Below are positions 24,352 to 38,679 of a stretch of 64,000 nt of DNA, piece by piece (the stretch's first letter is position 1; the number at the start of each line of letters is the position of its first letter). The notes under the pieces were generated by a model that saw only the letters and a list, made by a program, of their open reading frames with translations, was not told the DNA's origin and made no database searches. Position numbers and translations under genes: made by a program. Source of the DNA: Octopus vulgaris. Lineage: Eukaryota. The stretch spans positions 27,404,001 to 27,468,000 of the forward strand of contig OX597827.1 of assembly GCA_951406725.2 (NCBI GenBank). Direction: 5' to 3'.

Positions 24352-27300
24352 GGGGCACCGCCATTTGATGTTGCTACATGATTTTACTTCACGAATGCTT
24401 TTTAGCAAATGCCATCTGGTGGATGAGAGAGTTCGATGCAGCTGCCCTCATCTGCATCTCCTGCCGTGAAGTTGGTTCATCTGGGACACCTGACAAGAAG
24501 AGATCCAGTTTCATTTTAAAGACATCTGCATCCACCCCATGCAGGTCTCTTAGGTTTTTCGGGAGGATATTGAAGAGCTGTGGGCCTCTGAAGCCCAGGC
24601 TATCACAATATCTTGTCCTACATCGTGATGGCAAATTTGGAGTCCTTGACACTATGCAGTGGCGCCCAGTTCTGGCATTTGTGTAACTCTCGATGCCAAA
24701 GTTTGGGACAAGTCCTTCTAGTATAGATGTATAGATGTATAGTATAGATGTATAGATGTATATTATAGATGTATAGATGTATATTATAGATGTATAGATG
24801 TACATTATGGCATATCTTCCTCGCCTACGCTCTAAGGAATAGAGTCTCAATCTCTTGAGTCTTTCCCAATAGCTTATATGCTGCACAGAGGCTATCTTCT
24901 TCGTGTAGTTCGTTGGATCGCCTCAAGTTCTGTGATTAACTTGACACTGGATGGTGACCATAGCTGAGAGCAATAGTCAAAGTGGCTTAGGACAAGTGTC
25001 CTCCTGAGGACCATCATGGTTTCCTGGTCTCTTGCTCTAAAGGTTCTAAGAATACATCCGGTCAGCCGCCTACATTTCATTGCCAATTTAGCAACATGCA
25101 CATGAAATGTTGTATCATCGCTCATGTAAATACCCAGGTCTCGCACTGATTGTGCCTCTGGGATTGCAATCCCTCCAGGTCCAGTGTATTTATTGGGTAT
25201 TGCATTTAGTTTTGCATGCTGATAGTATAAAGCTTGAAACTTTTCAGCATTGAACTGCATGCTATTCTTTTCAGCCCACTTGTATATTTTGTCCAGCTCA
25301 CATTGCAGGTGCTTAGTGTCTTCAGGGTTCTGTATTGCCTGTGAAACTTTTGTATCATCTGCATAACTTGTGATCGTGGCTCTCTGCGTGGCTGAGGGCA
25401 TGTCTGAGAGGGCCATTATGAACAGTAGTGGTCCCAGAACAGTGCCTTGCGGAACACCGCTCACTATTTGCGTGTTAAAGTCAGGCTACTACCACCTGAC
25501 TTCTATCCTTCAGAAAGTCATGAAGCCATTCTCCCAATTTTCCAACTATGCTAAGATCACGCAGTTTGTGACATATCATTCCATGATCGACTTTATCAAA
25601 GGCCTTTGCAAAGTCGAGATATATGACTTCCACATTTGAATGGTTGAGAAGTCGTTTCAGCACCCAGTGTTGTAGAAGCTGAGTTAAGCAGCTTCTTCCT
25701 GGTCGGAATCCATGTTGGGTATCAGGCAGCAAGTCATTTTCTTCAAGGAAGGTGATCAGTTTCCTTCTGACTATTCGTTCCATGACCTTGCTGAAGTGTG
25801 AGGTCAGAGAGATAGGTCTGTAGTTCTTGGCCTCCGCTCTGCTACCTCCTTCAATTTTCGTGGAAGTATGCCAGTTGCAAGGAAGCTCTGAAAGAGGAAC
25901 TGCAGTGGTCTTGCTAGGACTCTCTTACATACTTTTAGAAGGATTGCTGGGAATCCATCGGGGCCAGTAGCTGAGTTTGTTTTCATTTCATCAATAGCCT
26001 TTATTACATCGTCTTCCTTTATATTGATGTAATCAATCATCGCTGCCTCTGATTTTATATCTGCAGTGGTAAAGAAGTCAGTTGGATTGCTGACTTGAAA
26101 ATGCCCTAGGGGTGGAGTGAAAATACTCTTGAATTGCTCATTTAGTATTTCACTTACCCTCATTGGATTTCCTGTGAGTGTGCCATCCTTTTCAGGGAGT
26201 GGCCCTATCCTACAGTGCACCGTAGCTGTTTCTTTGGCATACCTGTAGAAAGCTCTGGGGTTAGATTTTATGTTGTCTATAGCCCAGGCTTCTTTTGTCT
26301 GCTCTTTCCTTTTCATGGGAGGGTTGCAGACATTTTTCAATTTCCAACAGTTTTATTTTCAGGCGGGACTTTTCACTGCTTTCAATTTGTTTGTTTAGGC
26401 GATTTGAAACTTTTGTACGCCGTCTCATTAGAATTTTCCTCTCTCTGGGGATTTTGCTCTTGTGTACAGTGGCTTTTCTCTCTAGGACACATTTGTAGCA
26501 TATGGCTTGCATTACAGACATGAATTGTTGAAGTTTCATGTCGATGTCTGGCGAGGAGAGACATTCAGTCCAGTTTTGTTTGAGGATCTCTTTCTCAATT
26601 TGTTTCCAGTTTGCCTTATGGAAGTTCAAGCTGGAAAGATTCTGAGAGTTTCTTGTAGGCTGCATGTTCATGCTTTCCTTTGGTCCGTACATGGTCAGCT
26701 CTACCATGTTGTGATCCGAGAGTAGTGTCGGCGTCACTTTCACATTATGGATGAGATCCATATTATTTGTGAAGCAGAGATCCAGTATGTTACCTGCCCT
26801 GGTTGGTTGGAGTATTACTTGCTCCATGTACAGAGTGTTGATGAGGTTCAGGAGGGACCTCGCCTGTCCTCGTTCACATCGTGTCATTCCTGGGAGAGAA
26901 AGGCCCTCGGGCCATCTGACATTGGGTAGATTGAAGTCTCCCATAAGAAGTACACTTATGTGTTGTTCTAGTGTGACTAGAACTTCTTCTATTTTTATAA
27001 GGCAGTCTTCAAACTTGCCTACATGGCTTGGGGCATCTGGAGGGCGATATGTAGCACATATAACTACACCAAGTTGCCTTATATGTACAATTAGTGTGTC
27101 ACACACCGAATTTGAGTATGACAAAAGGACCTGGGGTATGAGGCCCTCACGGATGTACATAGCAACTCCTCCATGACTTTTTTCTTTTCTGTCAGTCCGT
27201 AGTACAACATACTGTGGTATGTGTATTTCTGCATCTGCTATGTCCGGTTTCAGGTGTGTTTCCGTAAGTGCTATGCATAAGGCTTGATTGCATGCAACAA

Positions 27301-27990
27301 AGTCTCTCAAGAACGGGATTTTTGTCCTATTACTGAGTGTTAGCAGTCCTCTGATGTTCAGTAGGAGCATCGAGGTGAGGTGCATACTGTTGCCGGCGGT
27401 GTCCACCTTGGGTCTATTTGCTGTGGTGGTCTTGTGTATTGTGGATAGTCCCATCTGCGAGTTTGAGTTTGATGGAGCCAGGTTAGCTGCTGTACAATCT
27501 TTTGTGCCATGCACAAAAAAGATTCTTGTTCAGCAGCTGCCCTTTCAATAACATGTTGGCGGTTTGTAGCATGCACCACATCTGCGTACCTCCGTTTTGG
27601 GGCAGGTGGTGCGTGGTCCATTCCTTTTCCTTTTGGTAGTTGGTTTCTGACCTGTTTCGTGTTTATGTGGCAGGGTCTTTGATGTGCAAAATGGCAGCCT
27701 GCACCTTCCTCTCCATGCCAGCAGACACCTTTCAGGTGGAATTTACACATTCGTGTGCGCTGTCTGTTTCTATCCTTTTTGGTACATGGATAGTCAGGTT
27801 TGCTTCTATCCTTGGCTGTTTCATCTTTTGGTTTTGTTTGAGTTTTAGTTTTTCCTTCTTTGGCTGTTTCGTCTTTTGTTTTTCTTTTAGTTTTGCCTCC
27901 TTTTATTTCTTTTTTGGCTCTTTCATCTCCATGGTTTTGGCTTTGGCTTTTGGTGCTGGTAGGAGCACTTGTACTTGGGTTTACTTCCCA
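24352..27990 (-). mobile_element. decayed CR1-type LINE (ORF1 remnant with CCCH finger, APE, RT; multiple frameshifts)
   Basis: LNIRGL, LTETHL, YRPP, GDFN, SDH; QHGFRPGRSC, YLDFAKAFD, GVPQGTVLGP, YADD; CKFHLKGVC...CHFAH upstream. Confidence 0.9.
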
Positions 27991-28783
27991 ATATATAATA
28001 TAAATATACATATAAACATACACAGATACATATGCATATACACGCACACATACATATAATATATAACTCTGAAACCTGCACTCTAACATCTCTCAAAATG
28101 TTTACTGGTTACTCCGTATGCTCCAAGATCATAATTCTAAGATGTATGACGAGATAACTGAAAGTAACCTCATTAATTTCTTAATTATTGTACGGACCTA
28201 CATAATCTTTTATATGTACAAAACCTAAGCGTAAGTGGAAGAAATGGCTCCACTAGCTATTGAAACGATTGTAACATTTAATAAAGCTGTATAAAGCCAT
28301 GATCTCTGTCTCCGCTGCTGTTTACTTTTATAGTCGACAAAAGTCACCAAGTACCTAGTTAGTGATTTTCCTTGTATTTATGCATAAGATATATATAAAT
28401 ATATTTATACATTGTTTCCCAACTTCATGGTTCCGGGTTCAGTCCCACTGCGTGGCACCATCGGCACGTGTCTATAAATTCGGGCCTTGTGTGTAGATTT
28501 GATAGGCGGTATATATGTCTGCCTTTGTGTCTGTGATTGCCAACCACCACCGCTTGACAACAACCGGTGTTGGTGTGTTTATGTCTCCGTAACATGGCGG
28601 TTTACAAAAAGAGAACGATAGAAAAGTACTCTATTAAAAAAATAAGTTCAATTAAAACCCTACAAGGTGTTGCCTCTGCATGGCCGCAGACATATGACTG
28701 AAATAAGTAAAAATCAAAAGATATATATATATATGCACATAGACACACACACACACGCACACATATATATATATAGAGAGAGT

Positions 28784-28831
<48 letters not shown>

Positions 28832-28996
28832 TATGATATGCAAATAAGAAATAAGAATGATAAAAGAAAATATGTCATGCATTTCATTAGCCTACGGCTG
28901 TTTCTGCTATAAAATGCAATGCACTCATAGTTGAATGCATGTGCGTCCCCTTGTAGCTTCATCGGAGCTTCAAGCATATACAATGTCGTTAATTCG

Positions 28997-29475
28997 TATA
29001 CAATATCATTAAAGGAAGAAATTCAAAATCTTACAGCTGTTTCCGGAATATCCCCGAGTATGGGATATTCCGTCATCAGAGACAAATAGGGAGAATGAGA
29101 ATGGTATATATCAATAAAATGATATGTCCGTGTCTTTTTCTTGGGATATCTTCTATATCAGGACCTTAACCCACATGGATACACGCAGGATTGCACCTAC
29201 AGATTTACACTCATGGATCTCAGCAGGATTGCACCTAAGGACTCATGCTTTGGTGTCTATAACTTCGGAAATTTGAACTATGAAATTTTATGCCTCTTTT
29301 TTCTTCTCTCTTTCCATCACCTTATTCTTTTACTCTCTACCTCTATGCTGTCATCTTAATATATACCATTCTCATTTTCCATATTTTTGCCTGATTACGG
29401 AATATCCCATACTCGAGGACATCCCAGAAACAGCTGTAAGATTTTGGATTTCTGTCTGTAATAATATTGTATATG
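28997..29475. mobile_element. inverted pair of Penelope-like pLTRs
   Basis: About 28997-29113 is the reverse complement of about 29357-29475; each arm holds an HHR. Confidence 0.75.
29028..29083 (-). ncRNA. canonical minimal type I hammerhead
   Basis: gtct-CTGATGA-cggaatatcc...ggatattccg-GAAA-cagct-GTA-agat; palindromic stem III; the partner copy at 29391 is mutated to CTGATTA. Confidence 0.85.
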
Positions 29476-29527
29476 ACTTAGGATGTTTGCCATGCCTTAC
29501 TGTTTGATGTCCTGTTTAACAACTACA

Positions 29528-29569
<42 letters not shown>

Positions 29570-29665
29570 GTAATTATAATAATAATAATAATAATAATAA
29601 TAAGTAGAAGGGATTAAAAGAGCATTACATATATGAATAAATAAATATATATATATATATATATA

Positions 29666-29726
<61 letters not shown>

Positions 29727-29860
29727 TTATATATATATATATATGTATATATATAATATAAAAGTAAATAATATAAAAGTAAATAGATGAAGTACCGTTT
29801 TGGCGTTCAGACGAGTGTACTGGCATAGGTGTGGCAACATTTGAAATTTTGTCTAGGTAT

Positions 29861-29937
29861 ATGCAGCTGATGAGGACAAATCAAATCTACGTTGTCAAAC
29901 GTATTTGAAGAGTAAGAGTCTGAAACCGGCCCTGCGT
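29861..29937 (+). ncRNA. hammerhead motif with mutated cleavage triplet
   Basis: atgcag-CTGATGA-ggac...gtct-GAAA-ccg-GCC-ctgcgt; GUC appears as GCC. Confidence 0.6.
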
Positions 29938-30027
29938 CATCCGTTTCTAGGTTTTTCATTTTTCAGATGTTCTTCCTAGAGGTAAGACAAATTTTTTTCA
30001 TCTTTGTTGCGCACACACGTCTTTGCT

Positions 30028-30135
30028 AGTATATACGCAGTGAAGCTATACAATAGCGTCGTATTTATTACGATCGCTATTTTCCAGTAAATATCGGTAC
30101 TTCGTTGTACCATTTATTTACTTTTATATGTATGT
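30028..30135 (+). repeat. dispersed repeat (pLTR tail), second copy 32867-32972
   Basis: tagtatatacgcagtgaagctatacaatagcgtcg... near identical at both sites. Confidence 0.8.
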
Positions 30136-30156
30136 ATATATATATATATATATGCA

Positions 30157-30376
<220 letters not shown>

Positions 30377-31571
30377 TGTATGTATGTGTGTACGTATTCT
30401 CATATATCATATGCCAATGACGTGATCAGCGACATATACAAAAGTGTGAGAAGTTACCAAGAGTAATTTTAACATGGCACTAAATAAGTATGCACAACTT
30501 CAATATTAAATACTTTTGTTTTTCGCTTGGGCGCACATCTAGATACGCACACATACACACATATATATATTCATACATACATATATATATATACGAACTA
30601 TATGCATATGTATATATATATATATACATACGGATATATGTGTGCATGTCTGTGTGTGTATATATACATATGTATATGTATGTGTGTGTTTATGTATATA
30701 TTTAAATTCATATTGTTATGGAAACATATTTTCTATACATATATATGTATATAGTTATGTATGTATATACGCGTCTATGCGCGTGCGCATGTACACGTCT
30801 GTGCCTGTGTGTGCCTGTGTGTGCCTGTGTGTTTGTGTTTGTCTGTGGTTGTGTGTGTGCATGTAATGTAGGAATATTTAACCAAGATATAGACAACTTC
30901 GCAATCGCTCTCCGAAAACATCAGCCGTTCTGGACGATTAGTCATCTTTCGATTCTTTGCATCAAATACCAAGAGGACAGCGATAACCAATGTGGAGATA
31001 TTTCTTAAAGAGTTACACAACCTTTCCTTATGCAAAACAACAGAGAAACAGGCTTTCCAGTGTTTCTAAAAGCCGAACATATTCATGTATATTGGGACAT
31101 GTGACGTTATCGCTACACTGTTTCGCGAAGACGGATCGTGCATATTGTGACCGCAAGCCCTTTGGCGTTACGGATCGATCGCCTTAAACAAGTGGGAACT
31201 GGATAAAGCCATCGATTTCTCTGGTAATTTATGCTATTCTTTGCTTATTGTATTAAGTAATTCCCGTGATGGGCTGTGTAGTATGTGTGTGCGCGTGTGT
31301 AGATATATGTAGTGTATATATGTATATATATGCGTGTATATATGTGTGTGCTTGTGTTTTTTTATATCTTTTATCTTCTATCTATTAGAGTGTGTCCATG
31401 CTGGGGCACCGCCTTGAAGAATTTTTAGTTGAATGAATCGACGCGAGTATTTACTTTTTTAAAAGCACGGTACTTATTCTAGTGGTCTCTTATGCCGACC
31501 CACAAAGTTACGGGGATGGAAACACACCGGTTGTCAAACCACCGCCCAAAAAATCCAAACACACACACATA

Positions 31572-31607
<36 letters not shown>

Positions 31608-31900
31608 TGTATGTATGTATGTATGTATGTACGTACGTACGTACGGCGGGCTTCTTTCAGTTTCCGTCTACCAAATCTACTCGCAAGGCTTTGGTCTGCC
31701 TGAGGCTATAGTAGAAGACACTTGTCTAAGGACTGAACTCGGAATCATATACTTATATAAATATAGATTTCTTGGAGGAATTGTGGATCTCGAAGCAATT
31801 AAATCTTTAAATAATAACGTGTAAATATTCGTAAAAACCATTTGGATCTAAAAGGTAGAAATCTGGACGCCAACAATATATTTGTGTATATACTAATAAA

Positions 31901-32280
31901 TCGTGGCCAGTGGTTAAGGCAGCGGACTCGTGGTCATAGGATCACGGTTTCGATTCCCAGACCGGGCGTTGTGAGTGTTTATGGAACGCAAACACCTAAA
32001 GCTCCACGAGGCTCCGGCGAGGGGTAGTGAAGAACCCTGCTGTACTGTTTACCCACAACTTTCTCTCACTCTTTCTTCCTGTTTCTGTTGTACCTGTTTT
32101 TCAAAGAACCAGCCTTGTGACACTCTGTGTCACGCTGAATTTCTCCCGAGAACTACGTTAAGGGTATACGAGTCTGTGGAGTGCTCAGCCACTTGCACTT
32201 GAATTTCACGAGCAGGCTGTTCCATTGATCGGATCAACTGGAACCCTCGTCGTCATAACTGACGGAGTGCCACCAATAAA
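31901..32280 (+). mobile_element. tRNA-derived SINE family 3
   Basis: tggccagtggttaaggc...ggtttcgattcccagacc A/B boxes; 3' aataaa then (TA)n. Confidence 0.8.
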
Positions 32281-33117
32281 TATATATATATATATATATA
32301 TATATCACTAGTGTAGTATATCATATTACGGGTGTTTTTAGCACCATGTGTGATATCAGGAATTATGGCGTACATACATTAATTATAATTTAATTTTTAT
32401 CAAACTTCTTAGCGATGATATAAAATGATGAAATGAATATTAATTTTCGCAGAAAATATATTTATTACCTTTAAAATAAAATTTTTAAAATAAAATTTCT
32501 CGCTTCTCTAACTCTTTCTCTCATAACTCCTCTCTTAGTTACTCATCATCCTTCTCTTCAATCACTGTGTAGCGTTCATTTACTCGTTACTACAGGAGAC
32601 CATATAGAGACCGCCATTTTGGTACTTTTCATGACATGTGGTTCACTAAAACTTTTTATGATCAGCAAAATGTATGAGAATCTGTGGATATGTGATAAGG
32701 CGTTAGCTTCCCAACCACATGGTTCTGTGTTCAGTTCCATGCGTGCCACCTTGGGCAAGTATCTTCTGCTATAGCCTCAGGCCGACCCAAACCGAAGCCT
32801 GTCGTATATGTATATATATACATATATATATATATAAATATATATATATATACAAGTATATATATACTAGTATATACGCAGTGAAGCTATACAATAGCGT
32901 CGTATTTATTACTATCCCTATTTTCCAGTAAATATCGGTACTTCGTTGTACCATTTATTTACTTTTATATGTATAATTTACCCTTACGGGCTATCTTTTA
33001 CTGGAAAGCAATACTTTCGTATTGTTAGTTAGTTAAAGAGGCAACACATTCCAGGAATTGTATTACTATTTTCATATATATACTTATATATACATATATA
33101 TATATATATACATATGC

Positions 33118-33152
<35 letters not shown>

Positions 33153-34270
33153 ATATGTATATAAGTGTGTGTGTGTGTGTATGTGTGTATGTATGTATGT
33201 ATGCATGTATGTATGTCTCTATGTATGTGTTTGTGTGTATCTGTTTTTTTAAATATTTTACTTGTTTCTGTCATTAGACTGCGGCCATGCTGGTGCACTG
33301 CCTTCAAGAATTTATAGTAGAATGTATCAACCCCGGTAATTTTTTTAAAACCTGGTACTTATTCAATCGATTTCTTTTGCCGAACCGCTAAGTTAAGGGT
33401 ACATAAACCCGCCAACACCGGTTGTCAAGTGGTGGAGGAGGAGGAAACACAGACACACATAGATATGACCGCGTGTGTACCGTTGACGATTTTTTTTCCT
33501 CTGTCTTTGCTTCTCCTACGTTAAACCCTCCTTCTCTCCTTCTTTCCTGAGCGTCCAATAATACTATATTTGTTCCACGTCCTCGCGTTGTTGTGTTTTC
33601 TCTTTGTGTTTTCATGTTTGGATTAACTATAATATATACACTATGGGCTTCCTTCAGTTTCGTCTACCAAATCCACTCACTCGGCTTTAGTTGGCCCAAG
33701 GCTATAGTAAGAGACACTTATTCGAGATATTACGCAGTAGGACGAAATCCGGGTGGGAGTGTGTGTGTGCCCGCGCATGCGTCTGTGTTTGTTCCCCACA
33801 ACCGCTTGACAACCGGTGATTTAGAGTTCAAGTTCCCGTAACTTAGCAGTTCGGCAAAAGACAATGGATGGAATAAGTACCCGGTTGTATAAAAATGTAC
33901 TTGGATCGATTCATTCCACTAAAAACCTCTCCAAGGCTCTGCCCCAGTAAGGCCGCAGTCTAATGAGTGAAACAAGTAGAAAAGATAAAAAGATATATGA
34001 TTTTAAAAAGGCAATGAAAATCTGGTGAATTACGCGTGATTTGACGCCCCATCAGCAGCTTCATCTTTGGTCTACAAGAAGATAATATGTCTGAAATTTT
34101 TGTTGTCCCAAAAAAGGAAAATGAGACAGCGATAAATATATTCAGGTCTTCGTGCTGTAAAGAATTATTGATCGAGCAAATCATTTAAACAAGATACTTT
34201 CAATTAAACAATTGACAGAAGGGTCAGATAGATTACTCAAACACGAGTAAGTAACGTTCACAAACGGAAG

Positions 34271-34330
<60 letters not shown>

Positions 34331-35317
34331 GGTTGGTACGACTCGGTTGAGATGTTAGATAGCTGATCAATAGACGGCAAGAATACTTTATGAATAATGG
34401 AAGAAGCAGACGACCGCTATCTTGTACGTGGACGTTTGTTAGTTGTTTTACCAACGAGGCCATACATCTATCCTTCGATACAAGGAGATATATTACGATT
34501 ACTTTTGTTATGTTATACAGATCGATATCTCATATTTATACGAGAGATCATAACAAAAGTAAATAGATAAATAAGGCTAATTTTTCTTCCCGCTCGTATG
34601 TCTCTCACTCTCTCTCTCTCTCGCTCTCTCTCTGGGATCTTCACTCTTATCTTATATGTGTGCGTGTGCGTATTTGTGTTTGTGTTTGTGTATGTGTGCG
34701 TATGTAAGCATATAGGCATGCATTAGTATGTATGCATGTATATATGAACATGTGTACACACACACACGCATATATATGTATAGTCATGTATTTATGAGTA
34801 CATATATGTGTATATGTGTGTATGAGTGTTTGTGTATCTATGTATATGTATTTATGTATCAGATTTTTTCTTTCTCTCCCCCCTCTCTCTCTCACTATAT
34901 ATATATATAAATATATACATACACACATACATACAATACACACACACACACACACACATATATATATGTGTACTCACACCCACACACATATTAAATACAT
35001 ACATATAACACTAGTTATACAATTCCATAAATATGCATGAATTGTGCTTAATTAGGTCAACATGTCTTATAAAGACCAAGTATTGTTAATCTTCTCTTAG
35101 TTTTAGTGCCAATCTACTATTTACCATTTTGGTTTTCATGACAACATTTGTCCGTGTTCCTGATTCATTGTTCTTCGCTATTTTTGGTGTCTGAAGATTG
35201 TGGAAACAAAACACGTGATACACTTGACATCATGCCAGGGATTCAGCTAACCGTAATTTATATAATACATACATGCATACATACTTACATACTTACACAC
35301 GTACATACATACATGCA

Positions 35318-35401
<84 letters not shown>

Positions 35402-35685
35402 TATATATATATATAAATAAATATATGTGTGTGTGTGTGTGTATGTATATACGTATGTATGTCATTATTCAGTTTATTTTAAGATTTTTTGCCAATAGAA
35501 AGAACCGTTTTCTAACCTAGATCCAAGGCTCCTTCAATGGAATTTCAATATCAACAAGGTATTTTTGTATGTATGTATGTGTGTATGTATGTATGTATGT
35601 ATGTATGTATGTATGTATGTATGTAGATTATAGATATACATATATATACATACATATGTATATATATATATATATGTTTACGTCA

Positions 35686-36210
35686 GGTCACTTTCGAGTG
35701 CTACTGGTAACATGTAACCCAGTACCTGTTGCATGGTCGAGTCGTCGGCGACTAAACTGGCAACCCCACCAAGCTTGCTTGGTGAGGAGGGTGTTTATTG
35801 GACATCCTGCGGGATGAAAAACAAAACCCGCCAAATGGCGGAGGAACTCTTGAGAGTCAACGGCCGTCCAATAAATGTCTTAAGGCTGTATCATGCGCGG
35901 GGACATAGAAATAATCGGACTGAATACCCGATCGCGCGGTTAAACTATTGGGAGTGAAGGACTCCTAGCATTTGTTAGAAGAGGGTAACTCAGGTAACTG
36001 GGCTAACACCAACATAAAACCTACGGCTCAGCACTTACCGATGATGTTGACTTGTTCTTCTTTTCGGATTATGGCTGCTGTTTCTTAGTGAGTGGGATTG
36101 ACTCAATGCACAGCCTTTCCTCACTTTAAAAAAATCTTCTTGCACAGGCATTGCACGATAACGACATTGATTAAGCTTCGTGCAATGGCCATACTCGATA
36201 ACGAGGGTGC
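35686..36210 (+). mobile_element. non-coding interspersed element, possibly LINE 5'UTR-derived; partial copy at 49885-50090
   Basis: About 200-bp high-identity match to 49885-50090; GC-richer than flanks; possible HDV-like fold at 5' end. Confidence 0.6.
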
Positions 36211-36330
36211 AGCCACCATGTATGTATGTATGTAAGTATGTACGTATGGATAGATGGATGTGCAGGTTTGCGTTTTTTATGTATGTATTCTCATGCACAG
36301 AGTTGCACATCTAGACATGCTCATATATAT

Positions 36331-36512
36331 TTAAATGATAAACTTCTGGAAAGTTTTACAGATATTAACACTTCCACTGATTGATTGGATGTGTAGTCTT
36401 CCAATTAGCTTTCTCCTTTCTGGTTTTGTGAAGCCTAATTTTTCAAGATTGGTATTGAGGCAGTGTTTTACATATCCCAGGGCTCCAATAATTACAGGTA
36501 CAAACCTGAACC
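36331..36512 (-). mobile_element. REL-type non-LTR extreme 3' fragment
   Basis: FVPVIIGALG...LHIQSISGSVNICKTF. Confidence 0.65.
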
Positions 36513-37601
36513 ATGTATGTATGTATGTATGTATGTATGTATGTATGTATGTATGTATGTATGTATGTATGTGTATATATATAATGTGTGTATGCACTGA
36601 AAATATAGAAGATAAATAAAAATTTTAATATAGGTGTAGTCATGACTGTCTGGTAAAAGGCTTGCTTCCGAACCACGTGATTCCGGGTTCAGTCTCACAG
36701 CGTGGCACCTTGTCTTCTACTATAGCCTCGGGTTGACTCAAGCCTTGCGAGTGAATTGAAGACGGAAACTATGTAATTTGTGCGGGCGTGTGTGTGAGTG
36801 TGTTTGTCATTCACCACTGCTTGACAACCGGTGTTGGTGTGTTTATGTCTCCGTAACTAGTGGTTCGTCAAAAGAGACCGATAGAATAAGTATCGGGTAT
36901 AAAAATAAATGCTAAGCTTCTTTCGACACAGATTCTTCCAAGCGGTGCCCCAGCATGGTCGCTGTCTAATGACCGAAACCCATAAAATCCAAATGATAAA
37001 AAAATATGTATGCACAAGTGGCTGCGTGGTAAGTAGCTTGCTAACGAACCACATGGTTCCGGGTTCAGTCCCACTGCGTGGCACCTTGGGCAAGTGTCTT
37101 CTACTATAGCTTCGGGCTGTGGTAGAATTCCATTTTTCTTTTCGGAAGACCAATGTTTTGTTTTAATATTCCTGGCCCAGGGTGTTCAAACTTGGTCTAA
37201 ATTTTTTAATGAAATACAGTTCTTTATTTTGGCGTTGAGTGAAGGTTACGCTGTCACGAAATTTGTAAAGTGGGCAAGTTGTAAATTTCGAATTTTTATT
37301 TGAAGCACATCTATCATAGAAGCACATCTATCATAGATAGACCTACTACCGACAAAACACCACCACATGGATTCTATTGAGACCAGTAAGAAACAATTAT
37401 GAACTTTTCTATTACACTTTACTTTTTAAAATATTTTTGATAAGGTTCGTTTCTTCAAGAACCGAAACTTGTAAAATTCATAAGAAAATTAAAATTGATA
37501 TAATATAGTGGCGTTTTCAAACTTCTTTTTTTACAAATATATACCCACTTGTACACGATCTACTCTTATTTTAAATATATATATATATATATATATAACG
37601 C

Positions 37602-37795
37602 CATGATAGACGGTTAGCTCCTACACGCATTTTTTTTCTCTCCTTGTTTCTTTTCTGTGTATCTTTCTGTCGAAGAGCGTAGGCTCGAAACGTAAAACAC
37701 TTGTTCTATTTCTATTCCTGAGCGCCATACTAATACATTTGTTTGTTTGCACTCCACCTGCCTTCGTCTTTTGTTTATTTTCGTAAACCTTCCCG

Positions 37796-37798
<3 letters not shown>
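37602..37798 (+). mobile_element. Penelope-like pLTR remnant; inverted partial copy at 39011-39111
   Basis: ttt-CTGTCGA-a-gagc-gtag-gctc-GAAA-c-GTA-aaa degenerate HHR; 3' part is the reverse complement of 39011-39111. Confidence 0.65.
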
Positions 37799-37831
<33 letters not shown>

Positions 37832-38036
37832 TAATAAATCTCTGAGCGAGGTATAAACAGTAACTGCTCTATAATATAAGCGGGATCAGCCATCTGAATG
37901 TGGCTAGGGACAGGGCGGGGGTGGGGGTGTTACTGATGCATTTAGCCCCAGGCGACTATCGACGTCACCAGAGAGCCGACACCATCACGGTGTCCTTGCT
38001 AGCCTGCAAAGGGAGATCAGCCCCACCGAAGATACG

Positions 38037-38095
38037 GATGCTACACACGGACCGGTTTCGAGGTATTTGCCTCTTGTCAGCGCATGGCAAGCACC
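38037..38095 (-). ncRNA. type I hammerhead ribozyme (family A, copy 1)
   Basis: Reverse complement of the motif at 38680-38738. Confidence 0.7.
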
Positions 38096-38679
38096 GTTCT
38101 TCGCTGAGGGACTTCCTGTACAGGCCAGATATATATAGATTTTCACAGTAACCACAGTCACTGGCGTAGAAAATCCGTTCGATAACAATAATAAATCTCT
38201 GAGCGAGGTATAAACAGTAACTGCTCTATAATATAAGCGGGATCAGCCATCTGAATGTGGCTAGGGACAGGGCGGGGTGGTGGGGGTGTTACTGATGCAT
38301 TTAGCCCCAGGCGACTATCGACGTCACCAGAAGAGCCGACACCATCACGGTGTCCTTGCTAGCCTGGAAAGGGAGATCAGCCTCACGGACCGGTTTCGAG
38401 GTATTTGCCTCTTGTCAGCGCATGGCAAGCACCGTTCTTCGCTGAGGGACTTCCTAAGGACACCGTGAGGCTAAATGCATCAGTAACACCCCCACCACCC
38501 CGCCCTGTCCCTAGCCACATTCAGATGGCTGATCCCGCTTATATTATAGAGCAGTTACTGTTTATACCTCGCTCAGAGATTTATTATTGTTATCGAACGG
38601 ATTTTCTACGCCAGTGACTGTGGTTACTGTGAAAATCTATATATATCTGGCCTGTACAGGAAGTCCCTCAGCGAAGAAC

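Noticed and set aside
37965-37995. Hairpin ribozyme (ACCAGAGA motif)
   Set aside because: The motif differs in the other A copies, is absent in B, and no loop B partner strand is present
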